Shown in pieces: positions 48,136 through 60,964 of a stretch of 64,000 bases of DNA. The DNA is taken from the NCBI RefSeq assembly GCF_006345805.1, contig NC_043019.1, positions 26,721,360 through 26,785,359 of the forward strand, given 5' to 3'. The notes under the pieces were generated by a model, which saw only the letters and a list, made by a program, of their open reading frames with translations, was not told the origin of the DNA and ran no database searches. The DNA comes from Octopus sinensis. Lineage: Eukaryota. A program made the translations under genes and the position numbers. Every line of letters starts with the position of its first letter. Position 1 is the stretch's first letter.

Positions 48136-48839
48136 ATATATACTATATATATGACAGGCTTCTTTCAGTTTTCATCTATCAAATCCACTCACAAACTTGG
48201 GTCTGCCCGGGGCTATAATAGAAGAATCTTCACAGGGTACCATGCAGAGGTATTGAACCCAGAACCATGTGGTTTGGAAGCAACTTCTTACCACACAGCC
48301 ATGCCTCGTTCACAACATACTTCTCTACAATATAATTGTAACCAGCAAACTCTTATCTTTTCCATTCTCTTCAGATAAACATAAAAACATATAAAAATAT
48401 GCATTCATACAAAATTAGATAACGTACCAATCACTTCTTGAGCCCTATAACAGTCTGTGGTGAGATGTGAACCATTGAATGGTGCAAGGGAAGAATAACT
48501 GTGGGGAGGGGGTACAGCGACCGTGTTATCTTGGCCCCTTTCCGATGGAGTCATCACCAGGGATAACAGAACAACCTCCATGGGGGTTGATGATATCTAT
48601 GAGAAAGAATAGCCAAGTCTGTATTGGAAAGAAAGAAAAGGAAGGAAGAAGGTGAGATGGTCACTGTTGGAAAGCTTTTGATCGAAACACAACAACAACA
48701 AATGACATATAAAGATAAAGCGAACAGTGGAAGCACGTACAACATTCCTGAACAGCACTGGTGCACTTCATGCATTAAATCACTGCCTATCAAAGTGCAC
48801 GGTGTCGTCCTCAACTCCTCTGTGACACTGATATATCTA

Positions 48840-49072
48840 GGTGGCGAGCTGGCAGAAATGTTAGCATGCTGGGCGAAATGCGTAGCCGTATTTCGTCTGC
48901 CGTTACGTTCTGAGTTCAAATTCCGCCGAGGTCAACTTTGCCTTTCATCCTTTCGGGGTCGATTAAATAAGTACCAGTTATGCACTGGGGTCGATATAAT
49001 CAACTTAATCCGTTTGTCTGTCCTTGTTTGTCCTCTCTGTGTTTAGCCCCTTGTGGGTAGTAAAGAAATAGA
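48840..49072 (+). mobile_element. SINE family B, full length
   Basis: Head GGCGAGCTGGCAGAAATGTTAGC, B-box GAGTTCAAATTCC, tail GTAAAGAAATAG. Confidence 0.8.
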
Positions 49073-49639
49073 TACATCTAGAAGGATGCACCTGCTGCTA
49101 TCACCTCGTAATTTCACTCTAATTACTACCTACTTGTCACAGATCTGTCCAACTGAGATTGAGCCGGGGCTAAACGACAACGACAACAGCTACCACCACC
49201 ACCACCACTACTGCTACTTTTGAATGAAAGAATGGAACCTGGAGAAATCGGTAATACTTCATCGACCGATGGCATTGTGAGGTCAGTAAAAATTCTTTTG
49301 TTCTCTTTTCAAACCCCCTCCTATCTCCTGCACCCATGATATAATCTTACAGTATTTTCTGGCATACAAGCTGATGTAGCATTTAGTATAAACATGTAGC
49401 GTAAGCATTCAAACATTGCCACTATCTTTCCAAATCCAGCTGCTGTATTTCACATGGAATCTTTGGTGCTACAAAGTTGTCTTGGTGTATAAGTCACCCT
49501 ACCACTGTTAGCTAAAACTTTTGCTCTGAAATATTCAATTTGTGTATGTGTGTGTTTGTAATTGTAAAAGAGAGAGAAGGAGAGATTAATGAAATGCTAA
49601 TGGCAAGAGAAAAACAAAGTTTGTAGTAAGAAGTCATTG

Positions 49640-49803
49640 AGGCGCAGGAGTGGTTGTGTGGTAAGTAGCTTGTTTACCAACCACATGGTTCAGGGTTCAG
49701 TCCCGCTGCGTGGCATCTTGGGCAAGTGTCTTCTGCTATAGCCCCAGGCCGACCAATGCCTTGTGAGTGGATTTGGTAGACGGAAACTGAAAGAAGCCTG
49801 TCG

Positions 49804-49834
<31 letters not shown>

Positions 49835-50060
49835 ATGTGTATGTTTGTGTGTATGTGTTTGTCCCCCTAGCATTGCTTGACAACCGATGCTGGTGTGCTT
49901 ATGTCCCCGTTACTTAGCGGTTCGGAAAAAGAGACCGATAGAATAAGTACTGGGCTTACAAAGAATAAGTCTCGGGGTCGATTTGCTCGACTAAAGGCGG
50001 TGCTCCAGCATGGCCGCAGTCAAAATGACTGAAACAACGAAAAGAGTAAGAGAGAGAGTA
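49640..50060 (+). mobile_element. SINE family A, full length
   Basis: Complete copy. Confidence 0.85.
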
Positions 50061-50319
50061 AAGAGATGTTTCTGTACCTCACACTAACATTTCTATTTCA
50101 CTACCACTCTTTTGCAACTTTCAATGTTTCTACATCTCTTTTATTGACTCATTCCTGTTTTATGACAAGGGATTTTCAAACATGAGGTGTTTTAGTTCAT
50201 GTGTGATTCTTGGTTGCATCTGGTTTCCCTGTGATATTTCATAATGATTTGTGGCGGGGATAGCTATGTTGTTTCAAGACAAACAGACAGACATCGATGT
50301 TTATAGTTGTAGATATATG

Positions 50320-50549
50320 TTTATTTATTGCCCACAAGAGGCTAAACACAGAGGGGACAAACAAGGACAGACAAACGGATTAAGTCAATTACATCGACCC
50401 CAGTGCGTAACTGGTACTTAATTTATCGACCCCGAAAGGATGAAAGGCAAAGTCGACCTCGGCGGAATTTGAACTCAGAACGCAACGACAGACGCAATAC
50501 CGCTAAGCATTTCGCCCGGTGTGCTAACGTTTCTGCCAGCTCGCCGCCT
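50320..50549 (-). mobile_element. SINE family B
   Basis: Complete reverse copy; another at ~59548-59718. Confidence 0.8.
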
Positions 50550-50809
50550 ATAGTTGTAGATATAGATGTGAACTCAAGTTCAAACATTAACTGAAATTCA
50601 GACAGGTAAGACAGGTAGACAGATAAGACCGACATGCAGACAGGTAAGTGGGCAGACTGACTGACTGACAGTTTGAGAGTGTGAGAGAAATAGAGAGAAT
50701 ATGAGAGAGATCAATAGACAGTGAGTGATGAGTGAGTGAGTGATGAGTGAGTGTGTGTGTGTGTGTGTGTATGAGTGAGAAAGAAAAATGTGTAGATACA
50801 ATTTACATA

Positions 50810-52440
50810 CATACATATGCATGTGTATGTACATATATACACATATGTATGTACATGTATGTATATACATGTATGTATGTATGTATGTATGTATGCATGC
50901 ATGCATGTATATATGTATGCATGTATGTATGTATTTATGTATGTATGTATGTATGTATGTATGTATGTATGTATGTATGTATGTATGCATGCATGCATGT
51001 ATGTATGTATGCATGTATGTATGTATTTATGTATGTATACATGTATGTATGTATGTATGCATGTATGTATGTATGTATGCATGTATGTATGTATGTATGC
51101 ATGCATGTATGTATGTATGTATGTATGTATGTATGCATGCATGTATGCATGCATGTATGTATGTATGCATGCATGTATGTATGTATGTATGTATGTATGT
51201 ATGTATGCATGTATGTATGTATGTATGTATGTGTGTATGTATGTATGTATGTATGCATGTATGTATGTATGTATGTATGTATGTATGTATGTTGTATGAT
51301 GTATGCATCATGTATGTATGTATGTATGTATATGGTATGTATGTATGTATGTATGTATGTATGTATGTATGTATGTATGTATGTATGTATACATGTATGC
51401 ATGCATGTATGTGCATACAAACTTACGTGTATTATTGATTCTCTCCTGACATAATTTACGGATAAAGCCTCCACAGCTTTTTGCCAAATATGCTGCGCAA
51501 ATGATTTGTTTGTGGTGATCAAATGCTGCACATTGGCTCACTTCTTCCATCGAATCGATCCTGCCTGAACAGGTGCACGGTGCACCACACGTCAGGTGCC
51601 AAAGTGATTTCAAAGCAATGTGAGATGAAGTGTTTTGCTTAAGAACACAATGCACCACCTGCTTCCAGGAATTGAAATCATGATCTTGTGATTGGGAAAG
51701 CAGCACCCTAACTATTAGGCGAAGCACCTGCATACATACACACATACACATACATACATATATACATACATACATATATACATACATACATACACACATA
51801 CATACACACATGCATACATACTTGCATGCATGCATATATGTATGTGTGTATGCATGCATACATACATGCTTACATACAATACATACATACATGCATGCAT
51901 GTATACATACATGCATGCATGCATGTGTACATATACATACATCCATACATATGTATATACATACATACCTGAATACATACATACATACATACGTACGTAC
52001 ATAGATACATACATACATACATACACACACACATACATACATACATACATACATACATGCATGCATACCTGCATTCATACACACGTACACACACACACAC
52101 ATACATACATACATACATACATAGATACATACATACATACCTGCATACATACATGCATACATATATACCTGCATACATACACACATACATACATGCATAC
52201 ATACATGCATACATATATACCTGCATACATACACACATACATACATACATGCATGCATACATACAGACATACAGGCATACATACATGCACGCATGCATAC
52301 ATACATATATACATACATACATACAAGCATACATACATACATACATACATACATACATACATACATACCTACATATATACATACATACTTACATACATGC
52401 ATACAGATAAGTGCATACTTACGAATGTATACATGCATTC
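50810..52440. repeat. (TATG)n array, SINE F fragment (~51450-51718), then (CATA)n array
   Basis: Direct reading; the two arrays are mutually inverted. Confidence 0.9.
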
Positions 52441-52856
52441 ATGAAGACAGACAGGCAGACAGACAAATGTATTATATAAGGGGACCCCATTGTCTGTGAT
52501 GTAAATGTTTGACAGTTTTCGATGCAATGGTGTAACATTGATCGTTAGGTAACAGATAAAGGTGGGACTGAAGCTGTGGGGAAGTAAGTGAAACGAGAGG
52601 ACAACAGCAGCTGTGATTCCTCAGTGTGGGAAACAACTGATGGCAGTGTTAGCCTGTGCACTGATATCAGCCGAAGAGTACTGATTATGATGATAGTGAT
52701 GATGGCTATGACAACGTTGTTGCTACTGGTTACGATGACGATGACGATGATGATGATATTAATGTTGGTACTGAAACAGTGATCGATGATGAGCATAGTC
52801 AGTAACTTTCATGAAAGTGGAGAAATATAGGTATATCAAATAACATATAACATATT

Positions 52857-53312
52857 TTGAACGCCTTACTTCCCTGGGCATGGACACATGGACACTCCGG
52901 CGTCTGGCAGCTGACTTGGCATACACCCATAAAATTATTAGCCATCTTACAAACAATAACTCTGAGCACCTTTACAAACTCCACCCGTCTAACACCCGTG
53001 GACATGTTTACAAAGTCAGAAAACAGCACAGCTCCCATGACTTTCGGAAACATTTTTTCACGCTGAGAGTTGCTGAAGCATGGAACAGACTGCCGGCATC
53101 AGTTGTTAGTTGTCGGAGCACTGCATCCTTCAAAACTTCCATGCTTCCTGAGATTCGCCAACACTCCACCTGATTTTCTCCCCTCCATACACACGCAAGC
53201 ATGTGTCTGACTCATACATTGTTCGCTTTCCAGACATTTGTACATTACTGCATATGCTTTATATGCACTTTCTGGCAAGTTGTGGTGCACCTGAGCACTG
53301 TGTACAATAATT

Positions 53313-53342
<30 letters not shown>
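52857..53342 (+). mobile_element. 5'-truncated CR1-type LINE 3' end
   Basis: ORF 52880-53173: LRRLAADL...RGHVYKVRKQ...RKHFFTLRVAEAWNRLPASVV...FK; 3' UTR ends in (ATT)n; related tail at ~4745-4800. Confidence 0.85.
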
Positions 53343-53343
<1 letters not shown>

Positions 53344-53951
53344 AAATTCTTGATTTGTTAAAACTATCTCCACCTGTAGAGAACCAGTAGCCACAGTATG
53401 GTGCCATGTGCAGTATCAGTATGTTGCTGCACTCACCTTTGTTGGTGATACCCTACTACCCCTGATGGATGAGGCCTCTGCATCACTCAGGCGATAACCC
53501 TCCAACTCATGGGTCTGTATGGGTAGTCGTTGCTGGTGAGGCTTTTATGAAGTTGGAATGCAAATCCTACCTCTCAGTCTCTTTGAGTCACCCTTTACAA
53601 GTTGCAGAGGAAACGTTGGGTTCTATTCTTTGACATGCTGGTCCCCGTGCAGCACCTGAGCAATGTGAAGCAAAGTGTTTTACTCAGGAACCTGGTGCGG
53701 GAATCAAATGCACAATATGCCGGTCACGAATGCCACACACGAACCACTAGATGTGTCATAATTAAACTTCCTATCTCGGACGCGTAAGCATGTGCACAAC
53801 AGCTAAACACTGCGACACTGGAACTGTGAAGCCCGCAGTTCTATACAAGGACTTTTGTATTCTTTCCATAAACTAGGGAATGGCTGCTAATATTGAGCTT
53901 AAGGATTATATAATGTACAATACAAAGAAAAAAGGAACTCATTATATTGAA

Positions 53952-54365
53952 TAGGCGCAGGAGTGGCTGTGTGGTAAGTAGCTTGCTAACCAACCACATG
54001 GTTCCGGGTTCAGTCCCACTGCGTGGCATCTTGGGCAAGTGTCTTCTGCTATAGCCCCGGGCCGACCAATGCCTTGTGAGTGGATTTGGTAGACAGAAAC
54101 TGAAAGAAGCCTGTCGTATATATGTATATATATATAAGTGTGTGTGTTTGTGTGTCTGTGTTTGTTCCCCTAGCATTGCTTGACAACCGATGCTGGTGTG
54201 TTTACGTCCCCGTCACTTAGCGGTTCGGCAAAACAGACCGATACAATAAGTACTGGGCTTACAATGAATAAGTCCTGGGGTCGATTTGCTCGACTAAAGG
54301 CGGTGCTCCAGCATGGCCGCAGTCAAATGACTGAAACAAGTAAAAGAGTAAAAGAGTAAAAAAGA
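53952..54365 (+). mobile_element. SINE family A, full length
   Basis: Complete copy. Confidence 0.85.
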
Positions 54366-54970
54366 GTTATCCATAATATCGAGTGGAAATAAGGGGTGCT
54401 GCAGTTCTGCAGTGCCTATACATGAGCTGCTGTTGTGAAGTGGTCATGGTTGGGACATCTTTATTATAAGTTTACTTGATCAGAGCAGGCCTTTAGTGGT
54501 TTATAGGACTTGCTATCTCCAGGTGAACGACAGTTTTAACACATAACCTTCTTTCAGAATTAGAAACATAACAAATTTACAACTATTTGTAAACAAAATA
54601 GCATTTCACCCAGACCTTATCTTTGTTTCTGTTGGCATATTAATTAGATTTGTAAATAAATAGTGGCCTAATTATAATATATAATGATATCGCAATGAAG
54701 GACGTTAATGAAGGAAATATATATTTCCTTCATTAACATCAATATGTATTTTATTCAATGTAAGGTTTTTTCCTCGAATTTTATAATTTTTATAATTTTT
54801 ATAATTTTTTTATATATATATACATATATTTTTGAGCTCATTTTTTTGTTTATCGCTCGAAGATTGACCGTTATTTCTAAAGGGCCAATCAAACAAGTCC
54901 ATTTTTTTAAAGGTGTAGCGTTTGTAAGAGTCTGGATTGAATTGATGTATCGGTTCCATTCTAGCAAAAA

Positions 54971-55008
54971 CTGTCTGATGAATGGCAATGAGAAACTCAG
55001 AGTAACAG
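54971..55008 (+). ncRNA. Hammerhead-like motif with degenerate stem II
   Basis: CTGT-CTGATGA-ATGGCAATGA-GAAA-CTC-A-GAG-TA-ACAG: stem I, stem III and GUA site intact; stem II does not pair. Confidence 0.45.
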
Positions 55009-55110
55009 ATTTTGTTGAATTTTCTGCTGCTTTAAATAAAGCATATTACTCTACCACTGGTATTTGAGTACTCTTTTTTTCCACCTTGTTTCACATTTAT
55101 GTGTTTACTC

Positions 55111-55152
<42 letters not shown>

Positions 55153-55366
55153 CATATGTATATACATGTTTGTGTGTCGGTTGTAGACCCACTGTCGCCA
55201 GGCAACCGATGTTGGTGTGTTTACGTCCCGTAACTTAGCAGTTTGGCAAAAGATACTGATAAAATATGTTCATGGCTTACAAAGAATAAGTCCTGGGGTC
55301 GATTTGTTAGACTAAAGGTGGTTTGCTCAGCATGGCTGCAGTCAAATGACTGAAACAAGTAAAAAA

Positions 55367-55420
<54 letters not shown>

Positions 55421-55489
55421 GCAATGTGTGTGATGTGTGTATGTACTACGTGTGAGTGTGTTGTGTGTATACACCACACACACACACAC

Positions 55490-55850
55490 ACACTCATAAG
55501 TACAGATACACATATCTATACACACACACACACACACACACTCATAAGTACAGATACACATATCTATACACACACACACACACACACACACTCATAAGTA
55601 CAGATACACATATCTATACACACACACACACACACACACACACTCATAAGTACAGATACACATATCTATACACACACACACACACACACACACAACTCAT
55701 GTAAGTACAGATAACACATATCTATACACAACACACACACACACACTCATGTAAGTTACAGATACACCATATCTATGTACACACACACAACACACACACA
55801 CACTCATAAGTACAGATACACATATCTATACACACACACACACACACACA
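55490..55850. repeat. ~50-bp composite tandem repeat with (CA)n
   Basis: Unit CTCATAAGTACAGATACACATATCTATA(CA)n. Confidence 0.9.
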
Positions 55851-55994
55851 CATATGTACACCATGCCATGTTAATGCATGGGCATGTTGGGGTGCTACCC
55901 AGGTGCCTCACAGGTCTAAAGGCCCACTCCTAATCTATGTACACCATGGATTGCTGTCAGTAAATATTAGGGCCCTAAAGTGCTCATAAGACGC

Positions 55995-56890
55995 CATAGT
56001 GTGTGTATGTATGTATGTATGTATGTTTGTATGTGTATGTATGTATGTATGTATGTGTGTGTATGTAGGTATGTGTATGTGTGTATGTATGTATGTATGT
56101 GTATGTATGTATGTATGTATGTATGTATGTATGTGTATGTATGTATGTGTGTATGCATGTATATGTGTATTTGTGTGAATGTATGTATGTATGTATGTAT
56201 GTGTATGTGTGTATGTATGTTTGTATGTGTATGCATGTAATGCTTGTATATGTTTATGTATATGTGTGTGTATGTATTTGTGTCTATGTATGTGTGTATG
56301 TATGTATGCATATATGTATGTATGTATGTGTATGTATGTATGTGTGTATGCATGTATATGTGTATTTGTGTGAATGTATGTATGTATGTATGTGTGTATG
56401 TATGTATGTGTGTGTATGTAGGTATGTGTATATGTGTATGTATATGTGTATGTATGTGTGTATGTATTTGTGTGTATGTATGTATGTATGTATGTATGTG
56501 TGTATGTATGTACATGTATGTTTGTGTATGTAGGTATGTGTATGTGAGTATTCATGTATGTGCGTATGTATTTGTGTCTATGTATGTATGTGTGTATGTA
56601 TGTATGTTTGCATATATGTATGTGTGTGTATGTAGGTATGTGTATATGTGTATGTATATGTATATATGTGTATGTATATGTATGTATGTGTATATGTATG
56701 TATGTGTATGTATATGTGTATGTATTTGTGTGTATGTATGTATGTATGTGTTTATGTATGTACGTGTATGTTTGTGTATGTAGGTATGTGCATGTATGTA
56801 TGTATGTGTGTATGTATTTGTGTTCTATGTATGTATGTATGTATGTATGTATGTATGTATGTATGTGTGTATGTGTGTATGTGTGCTTGT
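55995..56890. repeat. (TATG)n/(TG)n array
   Basis: Direct reading. Confidence 0.95.
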
Positions 56891-57101
56891 GACTTTGTTT
56901 ACAAGCACACGTACACAGAAGCACGAATAAGATAAAGAAAACGGGAGAAGATAGAAAGAGGGGGAGGGAAAGGGAGAGAGAGAGAGAGAGAAGGGGAGAG
57001 AGAAAGAGGGAGGTCGTAGCAGAGAGGAACGTCAAAAATTGTCAACAGATAAGTATGAAGAGAAATGTCACGGAGCCAAGATTGATAAAAGAGAGAGGGA
57101 G

Positions 57102-57140
<39 letters not shown>

Positions 57141-57381
57141 TGATGATGATGATGATGATGATGATGGTAACGATGATGATGATGATGACGACGATGACGA
57201 TGATGATGATGATGATGACGATGATGATGATGATGATTCTTACATACACTTGTCCGGGAACACTCTCTCTCTCTCACACACACATACACCAAAAAATATA
57301 GAGAAAGATATATAGATAGACAGATGGGAAATAGGGGGAGGCGGAGAGCGAGGGAGAGGAAGAGAGAGAGACAGACAGAGA

Positions 57382-57425
<44 letters not shown>

Positions 57426-57624
57426 TGTGTGTGAATAAGACATGGATGGGGGTGGGCCATGCAGGCAGAGACGAATAGCTGTGGCTGGTTAAATGAGATG
57501 TAGACATTATACGAGTGAGAAAGACAGCCAGAGAAACGGTTAGAGAGAAAGGTGGAGAGAGAGAGAGCGAGAGAGATCGAATACAGAGGGGTGTTTTGAA
57601 AAGTAGTTGGAAAGCTTTTTACAG

Positions 57625-57733
57625 TGAACAAACTGGACGATGCTGAGCGCAACAGTTCTTGTGAAGAACCAGATGATGGTTTGTCTGAGAGGAGGATCAT
57701 GGACATCGCCAAGTTGCCTGCTTTACAAATCAG
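57625..57733 (+). CDS. Candidate exon of an unidentified second gene (possibly first exon, ATG at 57699)
   Basis: Strong donor CAG|GTAAGA at 57734; open frame NKLDDAERNSSCEEPDDGLSERRIMDIAKLPALQI; ATC-ATG-G start context; unique CpG-richer sequence follows. Confidence 0.35.
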
Positions 57734-59468
57734 GTAAGAAGAATACGTTGTTGCGGTCAGCTGTCTCCTTCGTTTGTTCCTTGCATTTTCTGTCGTTGTC
57801 CGGTTTGTTGTTTGACCCCCTCCACATCAGTCCGGTTTCAACCGATCTGTAAATTGTTCCAGCCGAGATCATCCCGCCTTTTTACCATTCAAACATTACA
57901 TTTACATTATCTAATGTAGCTTTCTGTGATTTGAAAGTGGTTTCCACTGCTATTTCTAACACAGAGTGATCGATCGATCGCAGATCGTGTGATCGAAGGG
58001 AGGATCCAATGTGACCGATGCTGTTTGTGTTTAGTCCCAGGTCAGTCTAAAATCGAGTAGACAGACTTATAAGTAAAGGCAATCCAGACGTGAACACCCC
58101 ATCCTTTTCATGTACAGCAAACATATCTAACGCATCATTTACTTGGATGGTGGGGTGTGATTTGAGGGAGGTTCAGTTGTTATTTCCGTGTTATTTCTAA
58201 AAAGTGGTGCGACCAATAGAATCCCCCTCGTTGGTTTGGTGGAGGGGAGGTTCCCTGTCTGCTCTGTAGAGAAGGTTACAGCAGCTCTGTCATCCTTGGT
58301 CTATGGCTCACGTTTACATTCCCCACTGTAGCTGTGGAGGATCCGTCTCTTCGACAGCAAGTTAGATTCTTTTCACTCCCTCCAGTAACCTTTGAGTGAG
58401 AGACATGAACATCACAGATTCAATTTCTGTGAGGGAATGCCATAGTACGATAAACCCTGCCCCTCATCTTCCCTCGCTGGACCATTATGACAGTACCATT
58501 AAACGGAAACGGATACATTTTAAAAATAGTAACATTTTTCGTACCGTCAACGATTCGGTTTCGATTCTCAGAAGAATACCATCGTTTACATCTCACATTT
58601 TTTTTTACATACATTTTTTTAATGAACCGTTAATCAATCAATCAATTAATTAATCAATTAATTTAATAATGTATTTATGTATTTATTCTATCATTCATTT
58701 TTCGTTAGCAAAGGAACAAAAACGTAAGCACCACAGCCACTCAAATCTTTATCTAATCTGTGACTGATGAAGCTTCCTATCTATTTAGAAATAAAATAAC
58801 TGTTGTTTGTTTATATTGCAGTTGTTGTTATCGTTTAGTGTTAATCAACCCGAGGAAAGCAGATATTGATTGATTGATTGATTCTAGTTTCAGCTTATGA
58901 GCTGTGGCCATGCTGGGGCTGGACTGAATTATTTCATGTATTCTTTCTGAATTTTGGTTTACTGTTTCCACGGTCTTCATAAACCTACTCTGGTATACTA
59001 AGTAACGAGACCGCCACAGTCGTAGTTATTTTGTTACCTTAACCCCAGATCATTCCGTATTGCAACTGCTCCATCTCCGCCCCACCTCAACAAGAATGTT
59101 CTTCCGCTTTTAAGGACGGTAAAGTCTGACGTGGAAGAGATTTGGCTGCTATTTCTAGCTCTTCGAGTATTCGTGCAGAATCTCTCCCGTTGACTTGAAA
59201 TGGTTAACTTCAAGTCACCGCAAAAAGGAGAACATCTTAAGATGAAAGACGTTTTCTTTTCTTTTAAACTCTACATTATATAATGTTTTTGATTTTTTTT
59301 TTTTAAAGTGGCGTACAATCTGAGGAAAACCTAGCTTCTATTTCTAGCAGATTGAATGACCTTGTACAGGTTCCCCTCGTCGGTTTAATTATGCATGTGT
59401 GTGTAAGAATGGTGTTAATATGAGGCAGGTTGCTTATTTTTTTTATATAGATTTTTATTCACACTCAA

Positions 59469-59501
<33 letters not shown>

Positions 59502-60285
59502 TCGTTCAGTTTTCAGTTTTATTTATTTTTATTTGTCGAACAATAGCTATTTCTTTATTACCCACAAGGGGCTAAACATAGAGGGGACAAACAAGGACAG
59601 ACATAGGTATTAAGTCGATTATATTGACGCCAGTGCGTAACTGGTACTTAATTTATCGACCCCGAAAGGATGAAAGGCAAAGTCGACCTCGGCGGAATTT
59701 TGAACTCAGAACGTAGCGTCGTCAGTCACTAGTCACTCACAGATTCACTGCCCTACAAGGAAGTGTCTGTAGCTTGGTGCAGAATAAATATCGCAAGAGG
59801 ATTGTTTGGAAAAGCACCGGTTTTCTCGGCTTTTCTCGCTGTATTCTTTTGTATCGTTCGCTGACGTACATCGGTGTACCATTATTGACGTACATCGGCG
59901 TACGCACACACTCGTGCAACCCACACAAAGACGTGTGTGAGTGCGTGTGTGCGTGCGTGCGTGTGTGTGTGGTGTGTGTGTGTGTGTGTCTGTGTGTCTG
60001 TGTGTGCGGGGGTGTATTTATAGGTAAATGTGTATACATACACACACGGATGAGTGAGTGCTCAATACATTTTGTAGAGTATACGGTTTTTATTGAAACT
60101 CTGCTTCAGCAGCTGCAATAAATAAAAAAAACACTGTGTATGCGTATACATATATACATATATACATACATACATACATACATACATACATACACACATA
60201 TATATGTATGTATATGTATGTGTGTGTGTATATATATAATATATATATATATATACACATATATATGTGTGTGAATGTATATATA

Positions 60286-60415
60286 CAGGGTGATTCAAAA
60301 GTCACCATACATAGGAAAAAATAATTTTTTTATAAGAAACAGTTAAATAAAAAAAGCATTTCTTATAAAAAGAAAATAAATCGGTCTTATGTATGGCGAC
60401 CTTTGAATCAACCTG
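60286..60415. mobile_element. Tc1/mariner-type MITE, 130 bp
   Basis: TA-flanked TIRs CAGGGTGATTCAAAAGTCACCATACATA / TATGTATGGCGACCTTTGAATCAACCTG; a solo matching TIR at 1536. Confidence 0.75.
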
Positions 60416-60828
60416 TATATTTACATGCATACATACATACATATATACATATATGTATTATATATCTGTTTGTTTTGTTCTCATTGTTCTGTCTTTTAGT
60501 GTTTTTTACTTTTTTGTTGTTTTTAGTGTTTTGTTATCACTGTCGTGTTCTTGTTACCACTTTCACCCTCCGCAAAAAATTCGAAATTTTATATAATTTT
60601 CTTTGCGGGAAGAACTGTTTCAATGAAGTCGCGTCTTGTCCTTGCCTTCGAAACGTGGAGTAGTTGAAACAGGGACAACTGAAGAAGGGGAATATTCTTT
60701 ATGTTGTATGCCTCGTTTCTCTGTTTTCTTTTTCATTGTTTGAAAAAAAGTTCCTTTCTATGTTTTTGTTTTTATGCTTTTGTTTCTCATTGTGTTCCAT
60801 GTTTTTTTTGTGTAGGTATGTATATATA

Positions 60829-60875
<47 letters not shown>

Positions 60876-60910
60876 TTTATATATTATTTATATTATTATT
60901 ATTATTATAT

Positions 60911-60964
<54 letters not shown>

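Noticed and set aside
58760-58795. CTGATGA...GAAA as a hammerhead
   Set aside because: No stem I, II or III pairing.
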